Shown here: piece by piece, positions 52,899-62,823 of the stretch | How positions within the stretch are numbered: position 1 is the first letter of the stretch | How the letters are laid out: each line of letters opens with the position of its first letter | From: Alphaproteobacteria bacterium | Lineage (GTDB): Bacteria; Pseudomonadota; Alphaproteobacteria; JASGCL01 | Length of the DNA: 64,000 nucleotides | Assembly (NCBI GenBank): GCA_965203915.1 | Contig: OZ241918.1 | Location: 1,013,937 to 1,077,936, forward strand | Direction: 5' to 3' | Translations under genes and position numbers: made by a program | Notes under the pieces: generated by a model | Seen by the model: only the letters and a program-made list of their open reading frames with translations | What the model was told of the DNA's origin: nothing | The model's database searches: none

Positions 52899-53765
52899 AT
52901 GACCGAGGCCGTTGATTATTTATCAAGCCTGGGAATCGCACCAAGCGAAGCCGAATTATTTTTTACCCAACATCATAAACAAACCATTGTTATAAAATTG
53001 GGTGGCAATGTTTTTGCTGACGATGATGATAAAAAACAAGCCGCGGTCATAAAAAAATTTGCGCAAGATATTGTTTGCTTAAAAAAAACTGGTGCGCGCC
53101 CCATTATTGTGCATGGCGGCGGGCCAACCATCAATAAAAAATTGGAACAGGCTAAAATTGAAATAAAATTTGTGTCTGGCTTACGCTACACCGACATGGC
53201 GACCATGAATATCGTAAAAACCGCCATGGCCGACATCAATTATAAATTATGTCGCGCCATCGAAAGGGCTGGTGGCATACCATTGCCTCATCCTGATAAA
53301 TTGGTGATGGCAAAAAAATTTGTTGATAAGGTTGATTTGGGCTGGGTGGGCGAAGCCGTAGCATTGGATAACACCGCTGCTGCTGCTTTGCTTGACGATG
53401 AAACCATTCCCATTATTTCACCCATCGGTTTTGACACAACCGACAACCATTATAATATCAATGGCGATAATTTTGCAGGATTTATTGCCGCCGCTTTACA
53501 GGCTGAACGATTTTTGTTGATGACCAATGTCGCGGGGGTGTGGGATAAAGAAAAAAACTTGATTGTCGAGATTAATGTCGCCCGTGCCGAGGAGCTGATG
53601 GCCAACGGCATCATCCACGGTGGCATGATACCAAAAATCAAAACCGCCCTGGCGGCAGTAAAAAATGGCGTCAAGGCGGTGGCTATTATCGATGGTCGCG
53701 TTGACCATGCTGTTTTGCGCGAACTTTTTACCACCAACGGCAATGGCACGCTTATCAAATTATAA
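52899..53765 (+). CDS. argB: Acetylglutamate kinase
   Basis: 288 aa with ...VIKLGGN... and ...IVHGGGP.I.., which are amino-acid-kinase family motifs. Its start abuts the stop of the previous gene. Confidence 0.9.
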   Translation: MTEAVDYLSSLGIAPSEAELFFTQHHKQTIVIKLGGNVFADDDDKKQAAVIKKFAQDIVCLKKTGARPIIVHGGGPTINKKLEQAKIEIKFVSGLRYTDMATMNIVKTAMADINYKLCRAIERAGGIPLPHPDKLVMAKKFVDKVDLGWVGEAVALDNTAAAALLDDETIPIISPIGFDTTDNHYNINGDNFAGFIAAALQAERFLLMTNVAGVWDKEKNLIVEINVARAEELMANGIIHGGMIPKIKTALAAVKNGVKAVAIIDGRVDHAVLRELFTTNGNGTLIKL

Positions 53766-53774
53766 ATCTTATGA

Positions 53775-54413
53775 TTAATGAAGGCTGCTTAAAACCAATT
53801 GCAATATTTCGCCCGATGTTTTCTTCTGATGATTTTTATCTTGTAAAATTTTAACCAGTTTGGGGTAGACTTCGCTTTTTTGAAAACCCAGTTTTTGCAT
53901 CGCAGCCATAACATCTTCCATTAAACTGGCGTCAATATTGGCTGTATCCAATGATACGCCTTCCAGGTTGCCCTCTGCCCCCGCCCCATCCTGCATATCG
54001 ACCGATGACATATGTTTCATTATTTTGTCTTTTAATTCTTGGACAATACGTCCCGCCAATTTTTGGCCAACCCCAGGGGTTTGGGTTAACCTGTCGCTAT
54101 CGCCCGATAAAATGGCCATGGTTATATCTTTGGGCGATAAATTATCCAAAAAAGTTAAGGCTGTTTTATTCCCGACGCCCTGCACCGTGGTTAAGACATT
54201 AAAACATTTTTGTTGGGCAGGGTTTTCAAAACCATAAAGCTGGATAGCATCCTCGCGCACGATGGTTTCTATGTAAAAACCAACATTTTGTCCCACCGAC
54301 TGTGCCGACAATGTTCTTTTGGGAACAAAAACCAAATAACCAACGCCATTAACATCCAACACCAAATTGTTATCGCCCATACTCAATATTTGGCCGCGTA
54401 AAAAAGCAAACAT
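53775..54413 (-). CDS. ruvA: Holliday junction DNA helicase RuvA
   Basis: 212 aa starting MFAFLRGQI, with an OB fold, HhH (..GVGNKTAL..), and a C-terminal domain. Confidence 0.9.
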   Translation of the reverse strand: MFAFLRGQILSMGDNNLVLDVNGVGYLVFVPKRTLSAQSVGQNVGFYIETIVREDAIQLYGFENPAQQKCFNVLTTVQGVGNKTALTFLDNLSPKDITMAILSGDSDRLTQTPGVGQKLAGRIVQELKDKIMKHMSSVDMQDGAGAEGNLEGVSLDTANIDASLMEDVMAAMQKLGFQKSEVYPKLVKILQDKNHQKKTSGEILQLVLSSLH

Positions 54414-54478
54414 GATACTAACCTAGACAAAATCAACAAAAACGGCAAGTAAGGTTTAAAACAAACAGCCGCCTTTTT

Positions 54479-55468
54479 TTAGCCCCAGCGCACCAACGCC
54501 CCGCCCCATGCAAACCCGCCGCCCAGCGCGCTCATGGCTAGCAATTGCCCTGGCTTAAATTTCTTTTCTTGATTAGCAAGGCTCATGGCGACGGGAATGG
54601 TAGCCGCCGATATGTTGGCATGTTCATGAACCGTTGAGATAACTTTTGCCCTATCCATCTTTAACCTTTCGCACACCGCATCCATGATGCGCGAATTGGC
54701 TTGGTGGGGAATATACCAATCAATATCGCTGACCGATAATTCCGCCATGGTCAAACATTGCTCAAGCACCTTGCTCATTTTATCAACCGCAAAACGGAAA
54801 ACTTCTTGGCCTTTCATTTTTACCTTGCCCACCGTGCCCGTTGCCACCCCGCCATCCACAAATAATTTATCGCGCTCGCGACCATCGCCGTCTATCTTAC
54901 AATTGATGATCCCTGGTTGAGTCGATTGCCCATTGTTTTCGACGCCCGTCAACACCACCGCCCCCGCACCATCGCCAAACAAGACGTAGGTGCCACGGTC
55001 GGTGGGGTCAATAATACGGCTGTTAACATCGACGCCTATCAACAATATATTTTTTGCCGAGCCCAACATCATCGATTGGTTGGCAATAAATAAACCATAG
55101 ACAAAACCCGCGCATACCGCCTGAACATCAAAAAATGGGCAGGGCGGAATTCCCAATTCGGCCTGCACCCGCGCCGCGGTGGCGGGATAAATATAATCGG
55201 GGGTCGATGTTGCAACAATAACCATGTCTATCTGGTCGACGGCAATCCCCGCCATGTTGATAGCATTCCTGGCGGCGGCAATCGCCATATCCGAACATTT
55301 TTCATCGGATGCCACAAAATGGCGTTTTTTTATCCCCGTGCGCTGGAATATCCATTCGTCTGACGTATTAAGGCTGGCAGGCAAGTCGTGATTGGTTATC
55401 ACCTGCGCTGGCAAATAATGCCCAACCCCAATTAGTCGCGTTTTTTTTAATAAGGTCATCCCTCGCAC
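54479..55468 (-). CDS. fabH: 3-oxoacyl-ACP synthase III
   Basis: Active-site Cys in ...AVCAGFVYGL..., His/Asn regions, and a GGGFAWG C-terminus. The start may be the Met 3 codons downstream. Confidence 0.9.
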   Translation of the reverse strand: MRGMTLLKKTRLIGVGHYLPAQVITNHDLPASLNTSDEWIFQRTGIKKRHFVASDEKCSDMAIAAARNAINMAGIAVDQIDMVIVATSTPDYIYPATAARVQAELGIPPCPFFDVQAVCAGFVYGLFIANQSMMLGSAKNILLIGVDVNSRIIDPTDRGTYVLFGDGAGAVVLTGVENNGQSTQPGIINCKIDGDGRERDKLFVDGGVATGTVGKVKMKGQEVFRFAVDKMSKVLEQCLTMAELSVSDIDWYIPHQANSRIMDAVCERLKMDRAKVISTVHEHANISAATIPVAMSLANQEKKFKPGQLLAMSALGGGFAWGGALVRWG

Positions 55469-55496
55469 TTTCTTGATGAAAAAATAATATGTAAAA

Positions 55497-56543
55497 TTAT
55501 ATTTTTAATGATGATGAATTAGGTTCAAGATTTTTCCTTACATTATTTACAATATGTTTGCTAACCAATTCGTATGCCAAGTGAATAGCCGAAAGAAAAG
55601 CCACGGCATCAGACGAACCATGGCTTTTGATAGCAATTTTGTTCAAGCCCAAAAATGGCGCGCCATTGTATAATCGCGGATCCAAAAAATTACGAATTTT
55701 TTTCAATTCATGGTGCGCCAGCAAATAACTTAAGCGGGTGCGCATGTCGGCGGCAAAGGTTTCCTTCAATTTGTTATTAACCAACCGCCCAATTCCCTCA
55801 GCGGTTTTCAACACCACATTGCCGACAAATCCATCGGTGACGCACACATCAACCGTGCCCTTGGCTATGTCATCACCCTCGATAAAGCCATGATAATTAA
55901 TGGTATCGAATGGTTTGATTTTTTTTTGTAAAAATTCTGACGCTTTTTGTAAATAATCAAGCCCCTTACTTTCTTCGCTGCCAACATTCAATATGCCAAC
56001 CTTGGGACTTTTGATACCAAAATGGATCTTGGCAAATTCGCTGCCCAGCAAGGCAAATTGACAAAGCTCCTCGGCGCTGTTTTTTAAATTTGCACCCAAA
56101 TCCAACGCGCAAGTAAACCCATTCATCGTGGGAAAGGAGCCGCATATGGCGGGCCTGCTGATGCCATTGATTCTTTTAAAGCCAAACATCGAAAAAGCCA
56201 TGAATGCCCCCGTGTTGCCCGCCGAAATAACCGCGTCGGCCCTATCCATGGCGACTTCCTCCACCGCCAGCGCCATCGAACTGTTTTTGCTGTTGCGCAA
56301 GGCATCGGCGCCACGTTGCATGTTGTCGACAACAATTTTTGTATGGATAATATCGGCCGATTGGCGAAGTAATTTATATTTTTTTAAATAAGGGTCAATT
56401 TTTTTTTCATCACCGACCAACAGAAAAAAAACACGGGTATTTTTTTTTAGAAATTTTTGGCAAGCCAACAAGGATGCCTCGGGGGCTTTGTCGCCCCCCA
56501 TTACATCAATAGCCAAAATTACCTTGTCCGATTTTTTTATCAT
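55497..56543 (-). CDS. plsX: Phosphate acyltransferase PlsX
   Basis: 348 aa starting ...ILAIDVMGGDKAPE..., in the rpmF-plsX-fabH context. Confidence 0.9.
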   Translation of the reverse strand: MIKKSDKVILAIDVMGGDKAPEASLLACQKFLKKNTRVFFLLVGDEKKIDPYLKKYKLLRQSADIIHTKIVVDNMQRGADALRNSKNSSMALAVEEVAMDRADAVISAGNTGAFMAFSMFGFKRINGISRPAICGSFPTMNGFTCALDLGANLKNSAEELCQFALLGSEFAKIHFGIKSPKVGILNVGSEESKGLDYLQKASEFLQKKIKPFDTINYHGFIEGDDIAKGTVDVCVTDGFVGNVVLKTAEGIGRLVNNKLKETFAADMRTRLSYLLAHHELKKIRNFLDPRLYNGAPFLGLNKIAIKSHGSSDAVAFLSAIHLAYELVSKHIVNNVRKNLEPNSSSLKI

Positions 56544-56721
56544 GACGCATGTTGTAATCTATTGATGTAATTTGCCGAATTCACAAAGATAAGAAAGTTG
56601 CGATATCATGAATGAAGAACCTTGAATCGGTCATAAACCAAGAACTAACTTTCATGTCGTCCCTTTTGCAATTGACATAATATCAGAAATATTGACTTGG
56701 CTAAAAAATCAATTCACCGCG

Positions 56722-56907
56722 TTATTCGGTTGAATCTTGGGCAACAATAACCTTATCACCATATTGACCGCACTGACGGCAAACATGGTGCGGCAATTTG
56801 CTTTCGCCACAATTTTTACAAACGCCAGCGTTGGTGGCGGACAAACCAAGATGTGAACGGCGCATTTGACGACGCGACGGACTGGTTTTTCTTTTGGGAA
56901 CGGCCAT
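56722..56907 (-). CDS. rpmF: 50S ribosomal protein L32
   Basis: 61 aa starting [13 protein letters not shown]. Confidence 0.9.
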   Translation of the reverse strand: MAVPKRKTSPSRRQMRRSHLGLSATNAGVCKNCGESKLPHHVCRQCGQYGDKVIVAQDSTE

Positions 56908-57083
56908 TTTTTTATTTCTCTTTTATAATATTTTTATAAGTTGAATTTATCAACATCTTCACGATGTTTCGCCAACCCTAACAAACTATTATTAGAATGG
57001 CAAGCCATAATATCTATTATCTTTATTTTCCGCGTCTGCTTGAAAAGCAAATAAAAAATTGACTAAAAATTATTGACCAGACA

Positions 57084-58268
57084 TTATTGGCTTAAAATAT
57101 CTTGGTAGTCCTTTACCCAGCGGCTGTAGGGAACGCAGGATTCCTTCTTGCCGCAATCTTCCACGGGCGTGGTGGTAAGGACAATGTCACGAAATTTATA
57201 AAAACCGTTTCTTTCGCAACCCTTCTCTCCCAACAACGGGTTGCCCTTACAGGCCTTTGGCACCGCGGGCACCGCGCCAAACCATGCCGACAAATCGCCT
57301 TGTAATTTTGGGCTGATAGAATGATTTAACCAGGCATAGGCGCATTCAATATTGCGCGATTTAGCATGAAGCATGGTGGTATCGACCCAACCTGTCGAGC
57401 CTTCCTTCGGTATGGTGTAGTTAATATTTTTATTATTTTTTTGCAACAAATTCACTTGGAATTGCCAAGATGATGAAGCCACCACCCCTTCGTTGGCGAA
57501 GTCATCGACCTGGGTTAAGGGATTGCCCCAATAACGACCAACTATTTTCCTTTGTTGGCGAGCCTGCACCAAGGTTGCTTGGTATTGTTTTTCGGTCAAA
57601 TAGTAAGGATTATCAATATGCAATTCGGGATGACGACTTTTGACATAAAGAGCCACATCCGCCAAATATATAGCGCTGTTATAGGCTGAAACCCTGCCCT
57701 TGTTCGATATACCATCGGGCAAAATTTGTTCTTCAAACACCACCGACCAGCTGGTGGGCGGCGTTTTAAAAACTTTGGTATTGTAGAGCAGAACGATGGG
57801 TCCCCACATAAATGGCACGCCATAATGCACCAATTGACCATTCTGCCTTACGGTATCCCAGGGTTGGTTTTGTAACCTTTTATCAATGGTTTGCCATGAT
57901 TTTATCTTAGCAGTATCTATCGGTTGCACCGTGCCCGACCTTATCAAGCGCACCGAAGCATCGCCCGAGGCGGTTACCAAGTCAAAGCCCCCTTGAGTCA
58001 TCAAGGTCACCATTTCGTCTGATGAGCTAGAGGTTTTTACTTTTACCTTGCAACTGGTTTGCTTTTCAAAATTGGTTATCCAATCAAAGTCTTTGTTGTT
58101 GTCGCCACGCTCCATGTAGCCTGGCCAAGCGATGATGTTAACCTCGCCCGCGCTGGCCGCGCTTACCCCAGAAAAAAATCCAGAAAAAAACATTGAGAAA
58201 GCCACCGCCGCAACAGCGATAACTTCAGTCCCTTTTTTTAATTTCGGCACTGAGCAGAAAAAAAGCAT
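57084..58268 (-). CDS. ABC transporter periplasmic polyamine-binding protein (PotD/PotF family) with Cys-rich C-terminal extension
   Basis: Signal peptide and a family-1 solute-binding fold. The C-terminus carries extra cysteines (...ACKGNPLLGEKGCERNG...EDCGKKESCVPY). Confidence 0.7.
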   Translation of the reverse strand: MLFFCSVPKLKKGTEVIAVAAVAFSMFFSGFFSGVSAASAGEVNIIAWPGYMERGDNNKDFDWITNFEKQTSCKVKVKTSSSSDEMVTLMTQGGFDLVTASGDASVRLIRSGTVQPIDTAKIKSWQTIDKRLQNQPWDTVRQNGQLVHYGVPFMWGPIVLLYNTKVFKTPPTSWSVVFEEQILPDGISNKGRVSAYNSAIYLADVALYVKSRHPELHIDNPYYLTEKQYQATLVQARQQRKIVGRYWGNPLTQVDDFANEGVVASSSWQFQVNLLQKNNKNINYTIPKEGSTGWVDTTMLHAKSRNIECAYAWLNHSISPKLQGDLSAWFGAVPAVPKACKGNPLLGEKGCERNGFYKFRDIVLTTTPVEDCGKKESCVPYSRWVKDYQDILSQ

Positions 58269-58273
58269 GATAT

Positions 58274-59602
58274 TTATTCGAGGGTTTTTAGGATGTCCCC
58301 TAAAATACTGACTATTTGGTCAATTTCTTTTTTCTCAATAATAAGCGGTGGCGATAGAGCAATAATATCCCCCGTGGTTCTTATTAACAAGCCCTTTTCA
58401 AAAGCTTTGAGGAAGGCAGAAAAGGCGCGTTTGGTTGGTTGGTCTTTGATGGGTTCGAGCTCCACCGCCCCGACCAAGCCCAAGTTACGAATGTCTATAA
58501 CATGGGGCAAACCCTTCAAACTATGCAGAGCATTTTCCCAATAGGGTGCCAACTCTTTCGCGCGTTCAAATAATTTTTCTTCGCGATAGGTTTCTAAGCT
58601 AGCCAGCGCCGCCGCCGTGGCAACGGGGTTGCCAGAATAGGTATAGCCATGAAATAGTTCAATCATATGTTCGGGGCCCTTCATAAAGGCATCATAGATA
58701 TGTTTTTTGCATATCACCGCCCCCATGGGGATAACACCGTTGGTTAAACCCTTGGCGGTGGTTACCATGTCAGGCTCCACCCCGAAGTAATCAACAGCGA
58801 AGGGCGAGCCTAATCGACCAAAACCCGTGATGACTTCATCAAATATCAGCAAAATGCCATGTTTGGTGCAGATGTCGCGTAATTTTTGCAAATAGCCCTT
58901 GGGTGGTATCAAAACCCCCGTTGACCCCGCCATGGGTTCAACAATCACCGCGGCGATGGTATCGGCACCATGCAAGGCGACCAAACGTTCCAAATCATCG
59001 GCCAATTCTTTGCCATGTTCGGGAACGCCCTTGGTGAAGGCGTTTTTTGCCAAATTATGGGTATGGGGTAAATGATCAACCCCCGTTAATAAACTGCCAA
59101 AGAATTTTCGGTTGTTGACCATGCCGCCAACCGAAATCCCGCCGAAGTTCACCCCGTGATAACCGCGTTCGCGCCCTATCAACCTTGTGCGGCCAGCGTC
59201 GCCCCTGGCCTTATGATAAGCCAAGGCAATTTTCAAAGCACTTTCGACCGATTCAGAACCTGAGTTGGTATAAAAAGCATAATCATAACCATCGGGGAAA
59301 AGCGAAACCAATTTTGATGACAATTCAAAAATTTTGGGGTGCCCCATTTGAAAGGCAGGAGCGTAATCCAATTCGGCGACTTGTTTTTGCACGGCTTCCG
59401 TGATTTTGGGTCGGCAATGCCCCGCGTTAACGCACCATAAACCCGCCGTGGCGTCAAGCACCGTGCGGTCATCGTCCGTTTTGTAATACATGCCCGAGGC
59501 CGAAACAAACAACCGCGGTTTTTGTTTAAACTGCCGATTGGCAGTGAACGGCATCCAAAATGCTTCCAAGTCGTTTGGTTTTAATTTGCTCATGTTGTTC
59601 AT
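58274..59602 (-). CDS. Class III (omega) aminotransferase, putrescine/beta-alanine:pyruvate transaminase-like
   Basis: 442-aa PLP fold-type I class III, with ...YTNSGSE..ESA.K.A... and ...LLIFDEVITGFGR.G.. and a Lys in TTAKGLTNG. Confidence 0.8.
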   Translation of the reverse strand: MNNMSKLKPNDLEAFWMPFTANRQFKQKPRLFVSASGMYYKTDDDRTVLDATAGLWCVNAGHCRPKITEAVQKQVAELDYAPAFQMGHPKIFELSSKLVSLFPDGYDYAFYTNSGSESVESALKIALAYHKARGDAGRTRLIGRERGYHGVNFGGISVGGMVNNRKFFGSLLTGVDHLPHTHNLAKNAFTKGVPEHGKELADDLERLVALHGADTIAAVIVEPMAGSTGVLIPPKGYLQKLRDICTKHGILLIFDEVITGFGRLGSPFAVDYFGVEPDMVTTAKGLTNGVIPMGAVICKKHIYDAFMKGPEHMIELFHGYTYSGNPVATAAALASLETYREEKLFERAKELAPYWENALHSLKGLPHVIDIRNLGLVGAVELEPIKDQPTKRAFSAFLKAFEKGLLIRTTGDIIALSPPLIIEKKEIDQIVSILGDILKTLE

Positions 59603-59706
59603 AACGTCCCCTTTTAGTTGTGGTAATATTAAAAATGAATAATAAATTTATCGCCCATCATGCAATGGAATATAAATAATGTCAAGATGGCGTCTGTATT
59701 TTTTTA

Positions 59707-60903
59707 TTAATATTCCAGCCACGAACTATCCTGGTTTTTGCCATCAAGGAATTTTTTTATAGCGTCTTTTAGCTCGGGCAACCCTGCTATCTGTCCGCCT
59801 GATACCTCCATCATTTTCTTATATAATTCTTGCAACAAATTATAATGTTCGGCATGGCGTTGTCGCGTGTAATTGAATATCTCGCCCATGAATGAAAAGA
59901 TAAAATTACATTTGGCTTGTATACCCATCTCCATCGCTAGGGTTTTGTTCAATAAGTCAAAAAACATATTGCGATACACCTCGCGGTCAAAACCCCACAG
60001 CAGCGACGCCATGGTAAATTTTAATAACATCATATATTCTTCGAATGATTCGGCGGTCTCCAACACTTCCAATCCTGGGGGTGTTTCGCGCCCCGCCAAC
60101 ATGTCTGGTTTGCCCTTCAATCGGGCAAGGTGCGCCCTTGATGCTGCCAGGGCGCAGGTTGCCTTCCATAAAGGCACGCGGTTGCTTGAATTATCGCCAT
60201 CGACAATATGGTCGGCGATAACATCGGGCAAATTAACCATTTTTCCATGGGGCGATAGGCGTAAAAACAAATCAACATCTTCGGCCACGGGCAAGGCGGG
60301 ATGGTAACCACCAATTTTTCTTAATGCCGTCATCCTTACAAAAAATGCTAAATGGCAAGCAGGCATCTTGCCCGATTGTGTCGCCTGCCCTATTTGGTCG
60401 AGCGAGGTTGCGTAGCGTAAAAAACTTTCACGCTTGCCGCTTAAAAAATCACCCGTTAGGTTTTTTTTTCCTTGCTCTGTTCCCGACCCATTATCATCCG
60501 CCGCGATATTGAGGTTAATCACCCTTATGCTGCCGCCAACCCATATAAAATCAGGATTATTTTCCATAAAGGAAAATTGCTTTTCCATGCGGTCGGGATA
60601 AGAAATATCGGTTGCATCCTGCACCATCATGTATTTGCCAGACGCCATGGCCAAACCTGCATTGCGCGCCCGTGCAATGCCAACATTCTCGCTCAAAAAA
60701 ATACCTTTGATTCTTGCGTCTTCTTGCATGGCTTGCCTGATAACATCGGCCGAGCCGTCGGTCGATGCGTCATCAACGATGATGAATTCGAAATCAGTAA
60801 AGGTTTGCTTAAGGATGGAATCGATACCGTGGGAGCGAAAGGTAGGCCCCCCATTGTAAACACTCAATATCACCGACACGCTGGGGGGAGTTTTACTAAG
60901 CAT
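59707..60903 (-). CDS. Family 2 glycosyltransferase with about 190-aa C-terminal domain of unknown function
   Basis: N-terminal GT-A domain (VSVILSVYNG...IIVDDASTDGS...), a DXD-like motif, and a DxxD in MVQDATD. Confidence 0.7.
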   Translation of the reverse strand: MLSKTPPSVSVILSVYNGGPTFRSHGIDSILKQTFTDFEFIIVDDASTDGSADVIRQAMQEDARIKGIFLSENVGIARARNAGLAMASGKYMMVQDATDISYPDRMEKQFSFMENNPDFIWVGGSIRVINLNIAADDNGSGTEQGKKNLTGDFLSGKRESFLRYATSLDQIGQATQSGKMPACHLAFFVRMTALRKIGGYHPALPVAEDVDLFLRLSPHGKMVNLPDVIADHIVDGDNSSNRVPLWKATCALAASRAHLARLKGKPDMLAGRETPPGLEVLETAESFEEYMMLLKFTMASLLWGFDREVYRNMFFDLLNKTLAMEMGIQAKCNFIFSFMGEIFNYTRQRHAEHYNLLQELYKKMMEVSGGQIAGLPELKDAIKKFLDGKNQDSSWLEY

Positions 60904-60912
60904 GACGTCACG

Positions 60913-61743
60913 TTAATAAATAAAAATTTTATTGGGAAAGTTGGGTAATTTTTTGAAAGCCATGGTGCCATAAATAGTTTGCACACAATTGATGCCAAAC
61001 CTTCTTAACAACAACGTAATGGCGACCTGGGAAAAAATGGAAACATGCCCATTGCGTGGGCCAACATACCACGAATTGAGAGCGTCCTTTTGTAATTTAT
61101 TGGGGTGAATCAAGGTTTGAATCCAAAACACGCCATGCTCCGCCAGGCGTTGTTGCATGAATCTTCCCACCATTTCTAAATCTTGGCAATGTTCCATCAC
61201 TTCGATGGCGGTAATCACTTGGTAATGACCTTCGGGAATTTGTTCGGTATAGTCGTTATCGTAAAAAGAAAGATAGGGTTCGTAAGAATAGGTGGCAAAG
61301 CCCTTATCCAACAAGGCCTGCCCCATCAACGACGGGTTGCCGCCCGCACCAAAATCCAACACGCGGATAGATTGCTGGGCGCCATCAAAAATATTGGCCA
61401 TATGTTTACCCAACAAATAATTGCCGCGTTGTTCCTTGGGCTTCAATTCATCGCCGCCAACGGGTGGGTCGGTGATGATATAATCGGCGCCATAGATCCT
61501 GGTTTGGATTTGCTCCTTACTCCACGAATCGATATGATTGGTAAAAATAAAAGCACAATTGGGGCAACCATAATAATCGACCCATTCGTTGGCCACGGGG
61601 TAGGTTTTTTTGTTAAATAACACATCGTGGCAAGTGCGGTTAAAATCCACCGAGCCAAGGTAAGGCGTGACGCCAAAACCGCAGCATTTACAAACCGAGG
61701 TTTGCTGTTTTTTTGTTTCGATAAATTCGTAATGGTTGACCAT
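60913..61743 (-). CDS. Class I SAM-dependent methyltransferase with N-terminal Zn-ribbon
   Basis: CKCCGF...CPNC cysteine pairs, then motif I VLDFGAGGN. Confidence 0.6.
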   Translation of the reverse strand: MVNHYEFIETKKQQTSVCKCCGFGVTPYLGSVDFNRTCHDVLFNKKTYPVANEWVDYYGCPNCAFIFTNHIDSWSKEQIQTRIYGADYIITDPPVGGDELKPKEQRGNYLLGKHMANIFDGAQQSIRVLDFGAGGNPSLMGQALLDKGFATYSYEPYLSFYDNDYTEQIPEGHYQVITAIEVMEHCQDLEMVGRFMQQRLAEHGVFWIQTLIHPNKLQKDALNSWYVGPRNGHVSIFSQVAITLLLRRFGINCVQTIYGTMAFKKLPNFPNKIFIY

Positions 61744-61759
61744 GATATAACAGCACTTT

Positions 61760-62797
61760 CTATACTCTTTTTATTTCAATATTATATTTTTTATCTAATT
61801 CATGGCGTGCCATGATCTCATCAAACCATGGCGTTTCAACCAAATTGTTAAAAAATTTATCGGTGTGGATAATATCGCCGCGTTGCCACGGTTTCCATGG
61901 GCCCGCAAAATGAATAATTTTGGGGTTATCGCAGGCCGCGACATATTCCGCCACCAAGCCCTTATCAACATGCTGTTCCACATGCCCCGCAAACAATGGC
62001 GTTTTTAAAAATGTATGCAAATTCCAAATGGGCGGTAATTGCAAACATTGTTTGACCAAATATTTATTAAGAATATCTTGGTCGGGGTAAACATAACCAC
62101 GGCCAACATCGGTCAATATATCATCGATGACACCCAAGGATAAAATTTTTTTTATATCGAATAATATAACACCCGAATTGAAATAATCACCCCAATTACC
62201 ATCCATGCCCAAGTATTTTTTAAAATAATCACGCCACGCCATGGTATTATCCTGTTCATTATTTTCGACTAAGGCCGTCATGTAAGGTTTGACGGGTATC
62301 TTCACCCCCGCCACGCAATTGGCGTAAACTGGCAAATCGCGCACCGCGGCGATGGCGCAATTGTTCATCGGCATGGTAAAAAGCGATGATATATCCCCCG
62401 CCGCCATGATGTCAGAATCAACATACAGCACCCGTTCGTGGTGTTGCATGATAAGTGGCAACAGCAAACGATACATCATGCTGCGCGGTATCATCGTCGG
62501 TTTTTCATTCATTTGGGGCAATTCGGTTCTGCAATCCAAAAAAACTATATTATTTTCAACGTTATTTTGGTTCCTTATTTTGCCAAATTTTTCCATATCG
62601 CCCTGCGCCAGCGACCCATCGTGCAAGATAACAACATTCAAAAAAAAATCTGGCGATAGGTTTTTTAAAAAACTTGCCACCGCCAAACCAGTGAAGGCAC
62701 AATAACGTTGGTCGGTTGCCAGTAACAAATTGACCAATGGCTTGTTGGTTACGGGTTTGGCTTGCACCAACGATGGATTTTGTAATTGATAGGCCAT
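61760..62797 (-). CDS. Family 8 glycosyltransferase (LPS alpha-1,3-glycosyltransferase RfaJ/WaaI-like)
   Basis: GT8 hallmarks ...LLATDQRY..., DxD at YVDSDIMAAGD, and ...FNSGVILFD... Confidence 0.75.
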   Translation of the reverse strand: MAYQLQNPSLVQAKPVTNKPLVNLLLATDQRYCAFTGLAVASFLKNLSPDFFLNVVILHDGSLAQGDMEKFGKIRNQNNVENNIVFLDCRTELPQMNEKPTMIPRSMMYRLLLPLIMQHHERVLYVDSDIMAAGDISSLFTMPMNNCAIAAVRDLPVYANCVAGVKIPVKPYMTALVENNEQDNTMAWRDYFKKYLGMDGNWGDYFNSGVILFDIKKILSLGVIDDILTDVGRGYVYPDQDILNKYLVKQCLQLPPIWNLHTFLKTPLFAGHVEQHVDKGLVAEYVAACDNPKIIHFAGPWKPWQRGDIIHTDKFFNNLVETPWFDEIMARHELDKKYNIEIKRV

Positions 62798-62823
62798 GAT
62801 GCCGCCGTTATTGTTTGCAGTTA

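Noticed and set aside
54414-54478. Possible rho-independent terminator after fabH (GC stem plus T-run)
   Set aside because: The stem is only 4-5 bp with a loop of about 22 nt, which is too weak to call confidently.
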